A stretch of 64,000 nucleotides of DNA from an uncultured Pseudomonadales bacterium (GTDB lineage Bacteria > Patescibacteriota > Microgenomatia > UBA1400 > PJMF01), in the NCBI GenBank assembly GCA_964491115.1, contig CAZBEW010000002.1, positions 64,062-128,061 of the forward strand. The letters run 5' to 3'. Below the pieces are notes generated by a model. The model searched no databases. It had not been told where the DNA came from and saw nothing but the letters and a program-made list of their open reading frames with translations. Shown here piece after piece: positions 36,028 to 46,604 of the stretch; position 1 is the stretch's first letter; each line of letters opens with the position of its first letter. The position numbers and the translations under genes were made by a program.

Positions 36028-36831
36028 CTATTTTACGATATTACCTCCGCTAAATAAAGCAAAGCTCATAAATCCTGGTGCGCTAGGCACACTTTTACTA
36101 ACTTTGATTGTTTTATTACTGACTGCATTGTCACTATCACTGGTTGCCCGAGATTCGATCTCATATTGGGTATTGGCAATCAGGCTAGCTGGGCCAGTGA
36201 TGTTAATATCTGTTGCAGAACCCAGTGGCTGAATTAATAAACTTGCATCGGTGGCAGCTGGTAATGCAAAACTATATCTATATTTAAATGTGTCAGAAGT
36301 GGCAGTGGCTCCTATAAAATTTTGTTGACTACTATGTAAACAATCGCTGTGAGCAAGTAAATAATAATTACTTTGATACTCACTGCCACTGCGGTGCAAC
36401 AGGGTTATTAATAAACCTATTTTATGAGTTGAGGAGCAGGCAGTTTTAGACCAATTAATTGTAATATTTCCACTAGTACCTGTTAAATCAATTTGCAAAC
36501 TTTCTCCCTGATTAATGTGACCTTCGTAAGCATTACTGTGGGTAATTGAAACTTGGTTTAAAGCCTCATTGACAACCGTTCCCACTGGCGGATTTGGTAT
36601 CGAGCCACTTTCATATTGAAAAATTTTGTTGAGAGCGGTGTCAACACCGGTTTCAGCGGTATTGAAAGTTCTAATTGAATCGCTACGATCTACAACAACC
36701 TTATTTTCTTGAACTACTCGATTAGCTACAGACAAACCAAAAGTTAGAACGGCAGCCGTGATCAATACCACGATAATGCCAATCTGACCACTCATCGGGC
36801 GGGAAGAAATTTTGGACATATTACTCATCAT
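36028..36831 (-). CDS. PilX-like minor pilin (start 36831 or 36819)
   Basis: SG|QIGIIVVL; AETGVD; YEIESRA. Confidence 0.78.
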   Translation of the reverse strand: MMSNMSKISSRPMSGQIGIIVVLITAAVLTFGLSVANRVVQENKVVVDRSDSIRTFNTAETGVDTALNKIFQYESGSIPNPPVGTVVNEALNQVSITHSNAYEGHINQGESLQIDLTGTSGNITINWSKTACSSTHKIGLLITLLHRSGSEYQSNYYLLAHSDCLHSSQQNFIGATATSDTFKYRYSFALPAATDASLLIQPLGSATDINITGPASLIANTQYEIESRATSDSDNAVSNKTIKVSKSVPSAPGFMSFALFSGGNIVK

Positions 36832-36878
36832 AAAGCAAAAAAGAAACAAGAACAAGCGCTTTTTATTGTTTATTGTAC

Positions 36879-39038
36879 TTAATTATTATTGATGTTGTTT
36901 AAAAAATCTTGTTTTTCAAAATAGGCTGTTAAGAGAGATTGATAATCAAGCTGCTCTTCACTAATTTTTTTTGCTTCTTGGATGATTTTAAGATTGGTCC
37001 AAGAGGCAAATTGTAATTTATTAAAGCCACTTTGAGCACTGCCAAAAATGTCGCCGGCGCCCCTGTGTTGTAAATCAAGTTGTGCCAACTTAAAACCATC
37101 TTTTTCTTGTGCAAAAATTTGTAAACGTTTTTGGCTTTCCTGTCGATTCAATAAATTATTTGTAGCTGGTTCTGTTTGATGGGTACTAAACAACAAACAA
37201 TAACTTTCTTGTCCGGCACGGCCCACTCTGCCCCGCAATTGATGCAGGCTAGCCAAGCCAAAGCGCTCAGCAGCTTGAATAATTATGAAATCAGCATTGG
37301 GCAAATCAATACCTACTTCAATCATTGGCGTGCTGACTAAAATTTGAATGTCTTTTTTGTAAAGACGATCGATGATTGCTTGCTGTTCCTGTTTTTTGAG
37401 TCTTGAATGTAACACGGCAACTTTTAAGTGTTGGTTTTTAGCAAGACCTTCTTGCTGATAATATTTATTCAAGCTTGTTTCTAATTGTTCGAGACTGTTT
37501 TTGACTGCTGCCACATTTTCTAAAGCAGCATGTTGAGAGGGATCAATAAAAGGACAAACGATAAATGCTTGTTTATCTTTGGAGCTGAGTAATTGTTCTG
37601 CCAACCACATAATGGCAGCTTCTTCTTTTACTTGAGGAACTAACCAGCTTTTTGCGATTACCCTATTGCTTGGCATTTCATCAAGAATACTATTTTGCAA
37701 ATGAGCAAAAATAGTGAGCATTAAACTGCGCGGAATGGGAGTAGCGCTCATGGTTAAAAGATGAGCTTGATGACTTTGTCGTTGCTTAGTGCCAAAACGA
37801 TGTTGCTCGTCATAAATAATTAAAGCAGGCTTAATGATTTCTAGTTTATTGATTAAAGCGTGAGTACCAATATATAAAGTTGCTGAATCTAATTTAAAAT
37901 TTTTGCTTGTTTGAGCAGTAACTAATTGCACTTTTTGTTTAGGCAATAGGTTTTTAATACTTTGTAAATGTTGTTGCGCTAAGATTTGCGTCGGTGCTAT
38001 GAGGGCGGTATTGTGACCAGCCAAACAACAGTGCCAAGCAGCGATGGCTGCCACCGCGGTTTTACCGCTACCAACATCGCCGATTAAGAGTCGATTCATG
38101 GCAGTGGATTTTTGTAAATCAGCGCTAATTTCTTTAATGGCGGTTTGTTGAGCTTTGGTTAAAGTAAATGGTAAAGTGCTGGGGATGAGTTCTTGAGCAT
38201 TAATGGCAATTTGGGGAGCAGTGTGATTTTTTTGCCAATATTTTTTGAGTTGTTTTGCCTTATTAATTAGAAAAATTATTTCTTCTAGAGCCAATTGTTC
38301 TCGAGCTTGGATGATATCTTGACTTGATTGAGGAAAATGAAGGGCTTGAAAAAACTCTTGGACATTACTAAAAACTTGACTGGTGCTGTTTGAATTGGCA
38401 AGTTGCTTGGCAAGCAGTTGTTCTTGAGGATTTAAGTGATCAATAATTTCTTTTTGTAAACGGCGTAAACTGCCCTGTTTAAATGGAGTTAGTTGGCTAT
38501 AAATCGGCACCAAGCGCGCGGTGTGAGGGCTATCAGTAGTGATTGCTTCTAAATTGGCTTGCAGTAAACTACCATTTTTCCATTGACCAGAAGCATAGTA
38601 TTGTTGCTGACCATTTATTTTGTTTTTTAAAAATTTATTATTAAACCAAATAGCTGGTAACTCGCCACTTTGATCGACTAAAGTGGCACGAGCAATTAGT
38701 AGCCGCCCTTTATAATATTGTCGATAATCTTTGACCCTGACGACCAGTGTAAAAAACTCTTGTTTTGCTTGATAATTCTGCTCTTTTTTAGCAAATTTAT
38801 TAGCCTGTTGCTGATGATTTTCCTCCTTTTTTAGCTCAGGATTGACATCGTCAATTAATACTGAATTATGCAAGCGTTTGAGTTGGGCTATTGAAAAAAT
38901 TTGCGAGCGATCTTCATAGCGAATGGGCAAATAGAGCAAAAAATCCAAAATACTATTAATATTTTTTTTCGCTAAAACAGTAGTCCAGCTATCCCCTATT
39001 CCGTGGACCTTATCTAAAGCATGTGTGAGTTGGTACAT
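36879..39038 (-). CDS. recG: ATP-dependent DNA helicase RecG
   Basis: GDVGSGKT, DEQHRFG, MSATPIPR, LHQLRGRVGR, RGAGD.FG..QSG. Confidence 0.97.
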   Translation of the reverse strand: MYQLTHALDKVHGIGDSWTTVLAKKNINSILDFLLYLPIRYEDRSQIFSIAQLKRLHNSVLIDDVNPELKKEENHQQQANKFAKKEQNYQAKQEFFTLVVRVKDYRQYYKGRLLIARATLVDQSGELPAIWFNNKFLKNKINGQQQYYASGQWKNGSLLQANLEAITTDSPHTARLVPIYSQLTPFKQGSLRRLQKEIIDHLNPQEQLLAKQLANSNSTSQVFSNVQEFFQALHFPQSSQDIIQAREQLALEEIIFLINKAKQLKKYWQKNHTAPQIAINAQELIPSTLPFTLTKAQQTAIKEISADLQKSTAMNRLLIGDVGSGKTAVAAIAAWHCCLAGHNTALIAPTQILAQQHLQSIKNLLPKQKVQLVTAQTSKNFKLDSATLYIGTHALINKLEIIKPALIIYDEQHRFGTKQRQSHQAHLLTMSATPIPRSLMLTIFAHLQNSILDEMPSNRVIAKSWLVPQVKEEAAIMWLAEQLLSSKDKQAFIVCPFIDPSQHAALENVAAVKNSLEQLETSLNKYYQQEGLAKNQHLKVAVLHSRLKKQEQQAIIDRLYKKDIQILVSTPMIEVGIDLPNADFIIIQAAERFGLASLHQLRGRVGRAGQESYCLLFSTHQTEPATNNLLNRQESQKRLQIFAQEKDGFKLAQLDLQHRGAGDIFGSAQSGFNKLQFASWTNLKIIQEAKKISEEQLDYQSLLTAYFEKQDFLNNINNN

Positions 39039-39065
39039 AAAGACAGAGTTGGTTTTTTAGAATTT

Positions 39066-39176
39066 TTAGAAAAAGACAAAAAGCAGGCTGGCAAGACTAC
39101 TAAAAACTATAATTGCAATTCCAAAAATTACAAAAAAACGCACAATTTTTTCTCTTTTTTTTCGACTCAATGACAT
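39066..39176 (-). CDS. 36-aa single-TM small protein (not in ORF track)
   Basis: MSLSRKKREKIVRFFVIFGIAIIVFSSLASLLFVFF; starts 3 nt after the tyrS stop and fills the gap to recG. Confidence 0.72.
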   Translation of the reverse strand: MSLSRKKREKIVRFFVIFGIAIIVFSSLASLLFVFF

Positions 39177-39179
39177 AAT

Positions 39180-40394
39180 TTATTTTTTGATTTTTAACTG
39201 ATAAAAACGATGTTTGCCAATTTTTAATTGACTATCATTGGCTAAGGCAAGTAATTCCTGCCAAGAATTAATGCTTTTTTGTTCAGGTAATAATTTGACT
39301 GCTCCTTGCTCCAATAAGCGTCCCAGCTCACTATTGCTAAAGATATTATTTGAGGAAGATAGTTGGCCATTTTTTTCATTAATTTCGATGACTAATTCAG
39401 TAAATTCTTCAAGATCAGGCGTAGCTTTATTTTGCACAATGGCTTGAAAGTGTTCACTGGCTTTAAGACTAGCTTCTTGATCATGTAAATCGGCAGTAAT
39501 TTGTTTGGCCAATTCTTTTTTGAATAACATGGGATTTTCTCCACGATCAAGGGCTTGCTTCATTTCTTGAATCTGAGCCATATCCACTCTGGTTAAAACT
39601 TCAAAATATTTAATGATTAAATCATCGCTAATGCTCATAATTTTGCCATAAATCTCTACGGGGCTATCCTCAAGAGCAATATAATTATTGAAAGACTTGC
39701 CCATTTTTCTACCATCGGTGCCTTCAATTAGAGGGGTGCTAAGCACCCATTTTTCTTTTTGTTGAAAAACATTTTGTAACTGTCGACCCATCAACATGTT
39801 AAAAGTTTGATCTCTACCACCAATTTCTAAATCGACGTCCATGACCACCGAATCATAACCCTGCAGCAAAGGGTAGATTATTTCGTGGGCATAGATTGGC
39901 AAATTTTTCTTTAAGCGATTTTGAAACATGTCTCGTTCTAATAATTGTTGAACGGTGGCTTTTGCCATTAATTTTAATAAATCACTGTAAGTCAGGCGAT
40001 CGAGCCAATCAGCATTGTGCCGAATTTCAATTAGCGAAAAATCTAAAATTTTACTTGCCTGTCTTTGCCAATTAGCAAAATTAGCATTAATTTCTTCATC
40101 ACTTAACATTGGTCGACTTTGATCGCGACCAGTGGGATCGCCAATTTTAACCGTGCCATTACCCACCAGGAGAATAACGCGATGACCAAGTTCTGCAAAG
40201 TCTTGTAGCTTACGCAAAGTTACGCTGTGCCCTAGGTGTAATTGGGAGCCTGTTGGATCAATACCAAGATAGAGCGTGATTACTCTTTCACTCATCAGTT
40301 TGGCTAAAGTCTCTTTCTTGGGCAAGATTTGCTCAACACCACGCTCAAGCACTTTATTAATTTCTTCTGGATTAGTATTTAATTTATTTGGCAT
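39180..40394 (-). CDS. tyrS: Tyrosine--tRNA ligase
   Basis: YLGIDPTG..LHLGH, YPLLQGYD, GGRDQ, KMGKS. Confidence 0.98.
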   Translation of the reverse strand: MPNKLNTNPEEINKVLERGVEQILPKKETLAKLMSERVITLYLGIDPTGSQLHLGHSVTLRKLQDFAELGHRVILLVGNGTVKIGDPTGRDQSRPMLSDEEINANFANWQRQASKILDFSLIEIRHNADWLDRLTYSDLLKLMAKATVQQLLERDMFQNRLKKNLPIYAHEIIYPLLQGYDSVVMDVDLEIGGRDQTFNMLMGRQLQNVFQQKEKWVLSTPLIEGTDGRKMGKSFNNYIALEDSPVEIYGKIMSISDDLIIKYFEVLTRVDMAQIQEMKQALDRGENPMLFKKELAKQITADLHDQEASLKASEHFQAIVQNKATPDLEEFTELVIEINEKNGQLSSSNNIFSNSELGRLLEQGAVKLLPEQKSINSWQELLALANDSQLKIGKHRFYQLKIKK

Positions 40395-40405
40395 AGAATC
40401 GTTTT

Positions 40406-40435
40406 ATTGTAGCATGTGGATAAGTTTGGTAGAAT
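40406..40435. promoter_or_regulatory. Back-to-back extended -10 promoters (tyrS and PBP) flanking a DnaA-box sequence
   Basis: Minus strand TGcTACAAT 40414-40406; plus strand TGgTAGAAT 40427-40435; TGTGGATAA 40415-40423. Confidence 0.55.
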
Positions 40436-40441
40436 GGCGAC

Positions 40442-43342
40442 ATGGATGATCTGCCTAAGCAAACACCATCAGGCGAAGCATCGCCTGAGCAAATAATACG
40501 CAGCGAAGAAGATAAGGCACCTGAGGAGCATGTGACAGCAGAGGAACCCACGGCAGCAGCTCCTCAAAGGCAAATTTCTTTGTGGCGTCGCTTACAATGG
40601 TTGTTAAGACGCATCAAAACAAAATTAGCAATTTATTGGGAAAACTTTTTATATTTAATTATGCCAAAAAGAAGACGTTTAAGTCGTAGACAATTGAGTC
40701 CGAGCGAAAAGAAATTAAGAAGAATTAAAACTTTGCGAATTTTGGCAATTGCCTTTTGTGCGCTGGTTGTTGTAGGCATAATTGCTTTTTTTGTCATGTT
40801 TATTTGGTTCTCTAAAGACTTGCCAAAGCCAGGAGAGGTCATTAGAAGAGATGGCTATAGCAGTAAAATTCTCGATCGTGATGGCCAAATTTTATATGAT
40901 TTGTTTAAAGAAGAACGGCGCCAGCCGAGTCGTATTGAAGACATTCCCGAAGTGCTAAAAAATGCCACCATTGCCATTGAAGATCGCGATTTTTATAAAC
41001 ACAGTGGTTTTGATTTTTTAACCATTTTGCGTATTCCTTACAACTTTATTTTTAGGGGACGAGTGATTGGTGGTTCTACTCTTACCCAACAATTGGTAAA
41101 AAATGCCTTACTAACTAATGAACGCAGTATTGCTCGTAAGTTTAAAGAATTGGTTTTATCAATTCAAATTGAACGAAAATTTAGTAAAGATGAAATTTTA
41201 ACCATGTACCTCAACGAGGCACCTTATGGTGGTAATATTTGGGGGGTGGCCACGGCTGTAGAGGCTTATTTCAACAAGCCAATGAGCGAATTAACATTGG
41301 TCGAAAGTGCTTTTTTAGCTGGTCTGCCTCAGCGACCTAGTGTTTATTCTCCATATTCTTCACGTGTAGATGACAATGGTGAGCCATTTTGGAAAATGCG
41401 CACCACAGCAGTACTTAATGCAATGAAGGAGAATGACTACATTTCTAAAGAAGAACAGCAACAGGCATTAAGTGAATTAGATAATTTAACTTTTAATCGA
41501 ACGATTAGTGAGATCAAGGCTCCACACTTTGTCTTTTATGTGCAAAGACAGCTTGAAGAGCTTTTTGGCGAAGAATTATTATCAACAGGTGGCATTAAAG
41601 TTACCACAACTCTCGATTGGGAATTGCAAGAACTAGCTCAAACGGTGGTGGCTGAAGAAGTTGAGGCAGTGAATAAATACGAAATTAGCAACGGCGCAGC
41701 TTTGGCTCTTAACCCTCAGTCTGGAGAAATTTTAGCGATGGTCGGTAGTAAAGATTATTTTGATGATGATATTGGTGGTCAATTTAATGTGGTAGTGGAT
41801 GGTTTGAGACAGCCTGGATCAGCGATTAAGCCAATTACTTATTTAGGCATGATTAGGCGTGGCTTTAGTCCTGCCCACATGCTTATGGATGTGCAAACTA
41901 CTTTTATACGCAATGAAGCTGAAACGCCCTATACACCAAAAAATTATGATGGTGTGTTTCGTGGTCCTGTGAGTTTGCGCCAGTCCTTGGGTAGTTCCTT
42001 AAATATTCCAGCGGTTAAATCACTAGCCACCGTTGGTTTAGAAGAATTTTTAACTTTAGCTTACAACATGGGTTTGGAAACTTTTGAACCGAATCAAGCA
42101 AATTTACAGCGTTTTGGTTTAGCTTTGACTCTTGGCGGTGGCGAAGTTTACATGCTTGATTTAGGTAATGCTTATAGTGTTTTTGCCAATGGCGGCAGGA
42201 AAACTGAGCCAGTAGCAATTTTGAAAGTTGAAGATAATGAGGGAAAAGTTTTATATGAGTATAAAAAAACTCAAGGTAAAAAAATAATTGAAGAGGGCGA
42301 AGCATTTTTAATTAATCATATGCTCTCAGATAATAATGCTCGCATCTTAGCCTTTGGTGCTAATTCTCTCTTAAATACTGGTCGACCAATTGCTGTGAAA
42401 ACTGGAACTACCAACGATATGAAAGACAACTGGACAATTGGTTGGAGTAGCGATATTTTAGTGGCAACTTGGGTGGGTAATAATGACAATACCTCAATGA
42501 GTTATGTAGCTTCAGGTATTACTGGAGCTTCACCAATTTGGCGCCGCATTATTTTGGGCTCGCTGGACATGGGTTATTTAGCTCCTGAATGGGAAGTTCC
42601 AGATTCTGTTGAATTGGTTGAGCTTGACGCAATTTCTGGCTATCCAAAACATGATGATTTTCCCAGTAAATCTGATTATGTCATCAAGGGAACGCTAGCT
42701 ACTTCCCCAGATCCTATTCATCTTTTAGAAAAAGTTTGTAGAGGGGAAAATGATAAATTAGCTACTGAAGCGAAAATTGCTGCCGGTAATTATGACAGAC
42801 GAGAATTCATTTATGCTAAAGAATACGACCCTTTTAGTGAAGATGGGCAAAATCGTTGGCAGATCGGCATTGATGCGTGGATTGCCAGTCAAGATGATTC
42901 ACGCTATCACTTCCCCACCGAATATTGTGGTGATTTAGAAGATGTGAGTGTTAGATTAAGAAAGCCCGATGATAAACAAAACTTTAAAGATCGAGAAGTT
43001 GAGATTGAAATTCGCTCAGGGAGTAATGATGGTGTCAAAAAATTAGAGCTCTACGTCAATGATAAGCTCTTAGAAACCATCGAGGGTAAAAGTGAATATC
43101 GAGGCAAAATTAATTTGGCGCCTGGTAAGTATGAGCTTTATGCTAAGGCCTATGCAAAAAATAATGAAGTAAAAACCAGTAGCAAAGTGAGAATTGGTGT
43201 TGGCGGTATTGCTTGGGATTATGTTGAACCAACCCCAACTTCACAGCCCAGTCCAACTCCAAAACCAAGTAAAGCACCGGAGCCGACTGCAGCGCCTACA
43301 GGACTAGCGCCGACTGTTCCTCCAACTGAGGGCAATGACTAG
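40442..43342 (+). CDS. Class A penicillin-binding protein with C-terminal Ig-like domain and Pro/Thr tail
   Basis: EDRDFYKH, GGSTLTQQL, RKFKE; SAIK, SLN, KTGT. Confidence 0.96.
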   Translation: MDDLPKQTPSGEASPEQIIRSEEDKAPEEHVTAEEPTAAAPQRQISLWRRLQWLLRRIKTKLAIYWENFLYLIMPKRRRLSRRQLSPSEKKLRRIKTLRILAIAFCALVVVGIIAFFVMFIWFSKDLPKPGEVIRRDGYSSKILDRDGQILYDLFKEERRQPSRIEDIPEVLKNATIAIEDRDFYKHSGFDFLTILRIPYNFIFRGRVIGGSTLTQQLVKNALLTNERSIARKFKELVLSIQIERKFSKDEILTMYLNEAPYGGNIWGVATAVEAYFNKPMSELTLVESAFLAGLPQRPSVYSPYSSRVDDNGEPFWKMRTTAVLNAMKENDYISKEEQQQALSELDNLTFNRTISEIKAPHFVFYVQRQLEELFGEELLSTGGIKVTTTLDWELQELAQTVVAEEVEAVNKYEISNGAALALNPQSGEILAMVGSKDYFDDDIGGQFNVVVDGLRQPGSAIKPITYLGMIRRGFSPAHMLMDVQTTFIRNEAETPYTPKNYDGVFRGPVSLRQSLGSSLNIPAVKSLATVGLEEFLTLAYNMGLETFEPNQANLQRFGLALTLGGGEVYMLDLGNAYSVFANGGRKTEPVAILKVEDNEGKVLYEYKKTQGKKIIEEGEAFLINHMLSDNNARILAFGANSLLNTGRPIAVKTGTTNDMKDNWTIGWSSDILVATWVGNNDNTSMSYVASGITGASPIWRRIILGSLDMGYLAPEWEVPDSVELVELDAISGYPKHDDFPSKSDYVIKGTLATSPDPIHLLEKVCRGENDKLATEAKIAAGNYDRREFIYAKEYDPFSEDGQNRWQIGIDAWIASQDDSRYHFPTEYCGDLEDVSVRLRKPDDKQNFKDREVEIEIRSGSNDGVKKLELYVNDKLLETIEGKSEYRGKINLAPGKYELYAKAYAKNNEVKTSSKVRIGVGGIAWDYVEPTPTSQPSPTPKPSKAPEPTAAPTGLAPTVPPTEGND

Positions 43343-44596
43343 GAGCCAGCTGGCTAGCCCAATTACTTGCGTAATTAAATAATGATCCAAGGCAAAAATT
43401 GGGCTGAGAATTAATAATTTTGACCAAGCAATTTGTGTTCTGAATTTCCAAGCCAGCAATAATAAGAAAGCAAGAGCGATAAGTCCCCCTTCGCTGAGCA
43501 ACAACAGTCCCCCATGATGCACTGGCTGAATAAAGCGCACAATCTCTCGATTTTGACTATAATTTTCAACTTCTTTGACGTAATTGTTAAGTCCTACACC
43601 AAAAATTGTTTGCTCCTTAAACATGGCCCAAGCAGCAGTGTTTAGCGTGGCTCGTCGCGAAATTGAGGGATATTCTTTATCTAAATTGAGCTCTAATTGT
43701 TTAATGATTAGTGGAGTAAAAATGAACAATATAATTAAAGAAAAATTAAAAAATTTTAAGTAAGTATTTGTTTGCTTATTTGTAGCACGACGCTTAATAA
43801 ATGAATAAATTAAGAAAAGACAAAGAGTAAGAAAAGCTGATAAAGATTGAGTTAAGACAATAATTACTAAAGCATTAAGTAGTAGTAGGCTGGAAATTAG
43901 TGGTTTTTTATTTTTATCATCAAGGACGATCATGGTAAAAATACTGATTATTCCAGCCAAAATGTTGGGATGAGCGGTACTAGCATAGGGCAAAATTTTT
44001 TCTTGATTGAAAAATTGAGCGCGACTAATGACAGCGAAATGGCTCAAGTCTGGTTCGCCAAAAAATTGATAGGGAGCCAAAGATCGCTGCATAAAAAATT
44101 GATAATAAGCGAGAAAACTTAGCCAAAGTATCGAGCCTAATAAAGCTTTTCTCACAATTAATTGTTTTTTTTGATCCATGTAAATACTGATCACAAAAAT
44201 AATCATCAGCACTAAGCGCAGTAGATAAATAATGGCAGCTAAATTAATGTGCAGGAATTGTTTGATTAAAAATATAGCCAGCAACAATAAAATTAATTGA
44301 TCAATTTTTTTTAATTTTATTTTAATTTTTTTTAGTTTTGAAAAGTTTTTTTTGTTAAATAAAAAAATTAATAAATTAACAACTAATAAACAATCAAATA
44401 AATATATTTTAGGGATCAAATAATCAACTAATAAACCTTTGAGGTAAGCCTGATCAACAGCAAATTTAAAAAATAAATTACTGCTTAGACTAAAGATAGT
44501 AAAAAATAATAACAGTTGTTTAAATTTTTCCCACCAACTGTGCTTGAAATTTTTTCTTTGCCAAACTGACCACTTGTTGGCGAATTGGTTCAACAT
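43304..44596 (-). CDS. O-antigen ligase / oligosaccharyltransferase-like membrane protein
   Basis: HPNILAG, TQSLSA, SISRR, FGVGLNNY, PVHH, DHY. Confidence 0.85.
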   Translation of the reverse strand: MLNQFANKWSVWQRKNFKHSWWEKFKQLLLFFTIFSLSSNLFFKFAVDQAYLKGLLVDYLIPKIYLFDCLLVVNLLIFLFNKKNFSKLKKIKIKLKKIDQLILLLLAIFLIKQFLHINLAAIIYLLRLVLMIIFVISIYMDQKKQLIVRKALLGSILWLSFLAYYQFFMQRSLAPYQFFGEPDLSHFAVISRAQFFNQEKILPYASTAHPNILAGIISIFTMIVLDDKNKKPLISSLLLLNALVIIVLTQSLSAFLTLCLFLIYSFIKRRATNKQTNTYLKFFNFSLIILFIFTPLIIKQLELNLDKEYPSISRRATLNTAAWAMFKEQTIFGVGLNNYVKEVENYSQNREIVRFIQPVHHGGLLLLSEGGLIALAFLLLLAWKFRTQIAWSKLLILSPIFALDHYLITQVIGLASWLLVIALSWRNSRR

Positions 44597-46577
44597 CTTC
44601 TGTACTTAAATTTTTATTATTATCTTGATAAATAATAGCAAAAGTATAATTGTCTTGATAAACATTGACTAAAGTAAAATCTTTAATATCTTTGTGGCTT
44701 TTAATCAGGGTGCTGATAAAATCACCAACTGCGACTGGTTTTTTTAAGGTGAAAGTGAGCTGTTCAATAATTTGCGCATACTGATTACTTTTCTGATAAT
44801 GAGGATAAAAATTAACAACTTTTAATAAATTATTTAATTTAATTTCGATACCAACCAAGCCATCTGCAAAAAGATGTAAATGCCCAAGCACTAATCGCTC
44901 TTGGGGTTTTTTAATAATTAATTTAGCACTTTGCTGATAAATGCTATGATTTTTAGTCATGATTTCTTCAACATCTAAGTCCACCACTTTTTTTTCTAAA
45001 ATGAAAAATTGATTGAGCAATAATTCAAGATCGCCTTTGACTTGACGAAAATTTTTCCTACTGAGCATGGCTAAATAGCTGTCCTGTTTGGGTAGTGCGT
45101 TTTTTTGTGGATGATAAGTTTTAGCAATTTCAAATAATTGCCAATCATGATTTTGCGGATTACCGTGCATGATGCTGATTAGAGAAGGCAAAATTGAACG
45201 ACGGAGATAAACATTTTCTTCTTTAAGTGGATTACTTAATTTCAGATGGCTGGCCAAAGAGTAACCCGACATTAAGGCTTCCTGATCACTAACCAATGAA
45301 TAGCTGTAGATTTCTTGCCAAGCCAAATGGCTTAAAAAGCTTTTAATTCGACTTTCAACTTGAAAAAACTTTTGCTGAGGACGCTCGCTTGGCAATTGGC
45401 CAGCCATTAATTGGCTAGGCAAATTATGATAACCGTAAATTCGAGCAATTTCTTCAATAATATCAGCGGGAATTTCTAAGTCAGATCGGTAAGTTGGAGC
45501 GAGAATGACAAATTGTTCTGTCTGCTTGTCTTTATTTGCCTGCTTGTCTTTAGTAAGTGTTACTTGGCAATCAAGATCTCTTAAAATCGCTATTATTTCC
45601 CTTTTGGGCAACTCAATACCTAAATAGTCCTTAATTAATTGACTATTAACTATAATTTTATTTCCGGATTTTTGATCGGGAAAATAATCATAAACTGGAC
45701 TAGCAACTTTAGCTTTAGCTATTTTTTCAAATAAATAAACAGCATAGCGAAGGACTTTTTCAGCCAAATAAGGATCAACATTTTTTTCATTGAGTTGAGC
45801 GGCTGTGGTGCGAATCGCTTGAATCATTGAAGCATATCTCACTTTATGAGCATCTAAGGACTCGATCCAAAATAATACATTTTTAGTGTTCTGATCGATG
45901 CCAGTATTAAGTGTTCCCTTCACTGCTGGCAAATCAATAATTTCTCCAGCACTATTTTCAAAAACAATTTCTCCACCCACTGTATGATGAACTTCTTTAT
46001 CTAAAGTGATGAATTTTTTTCCTGGTTTAGCTTCTCTAATAATAATTTTGCCACCCATTTGCATAATTTTGTCGTAATCAAAAACATGACAAGGATGACC
46101 CAATTCATGAGTGACGTAATTGGTAATATCAACGACTGCATCGTGCACATTAATTGCCACCGCTTGTAAACGATCTTGAATGTATTGAGGACTGTTTTGT
46201 TGGGTGATATCACTTAAAACAACAGCCATCACCCTTCTTACACCTTCAGTTTCATAAATAATTTCTGGCAAAGCCAAGTGGCGCTGGGGGTGTTGTTTAA
46301 CGCTTGGCCAATTTTTTTTAATCATGCGCGCTGTATAGCCAGCTCTATTTAAAATAGTCGTGGCTTCTCGGGCAATGCCCTCGATTGACATCATATCAAC
46401 GCGATTAGTACTAACTTCAATATCGTAAACGTAGTCTTTTTGACCACTAGCTAGTTTGACAGTGTTTAAGCGTTCAACAGAAGGACCACTCAAAGAGAGA
46501 TATTTTTGAATATCTTTGGCTTGTGCTTTACTGGATAAATATTCACCCAGCCAACTATGTGGTATTAAAATATTCAT
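44520..46577 (-). CDS. pheT: Phenylalanine--tRNA ligase beta subunit (no B2 domain)
   Basis: STNRVD, VDITNYV, PTYRSDL...DIIEEIARIYGY, LRRSILPSL. Confidence 0.96.
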   Translation of the reverse strand: MNILIPHSWLGEYLSSKAQAKDIQKYLSLSGPSVERLNTVKLASGQKDYVYDIEVSTNRVDMMSIEGIAREATTILNRAGYTARMIKKNWPSVKQHPQRHLALPEIIYETEGVRRVMAVVLSDITQQNSPQYIQDRLQAVAINVHDAVVDITNYVTHELGHPCHVFDYDKIMQMGGKIIIREAKPGKKFITLDKEVHHTVGGEIVFENSAGEIIDLPAVKGTLNTGIDQNTKNVLFWIESLDAHKVRYASMIQAIRTTAAQLNEKNVDPYLAEKVLRYAVYLFEKIAKAKVASPVYDYFPDQKSGNKIIVNSQLIKDYLGIELPKREIIAILRDLDCQVTLTKDKQANKDKQTEQFVILAPTYRSDLEIPADIIEEIARIYGYHNLPSQLMAGQLPSERPQQKFFQVESRIKSFLSHLAWQEIYSYSLVSDQEALMSGYSLASHLKLSNPLKEENVYLRRSILPSLISIMHGNPQNHDWQLFEIAKTYHPQKNALPKQDSYLAMLSRKNFRQVKGDLELLLNQFFILEKKVVDLDVEEIMTKNHSIYQQSAKLIIKKPQERLVLGHLHLFADGLVGIEIKLNNLLKVVNFYPHYQKSNQYAQIIEQLTFTLKKPVAVGDFISTLIKSHKDIKDFTLVNVYQDNYTFAIIYQDNNKNLSTEDVEPIRQQVVSLAKKKFQAQLVGKI

Positions 46578-46604
46578 GAATCCTTTATTATCTGCATTGT
46601 TCTT

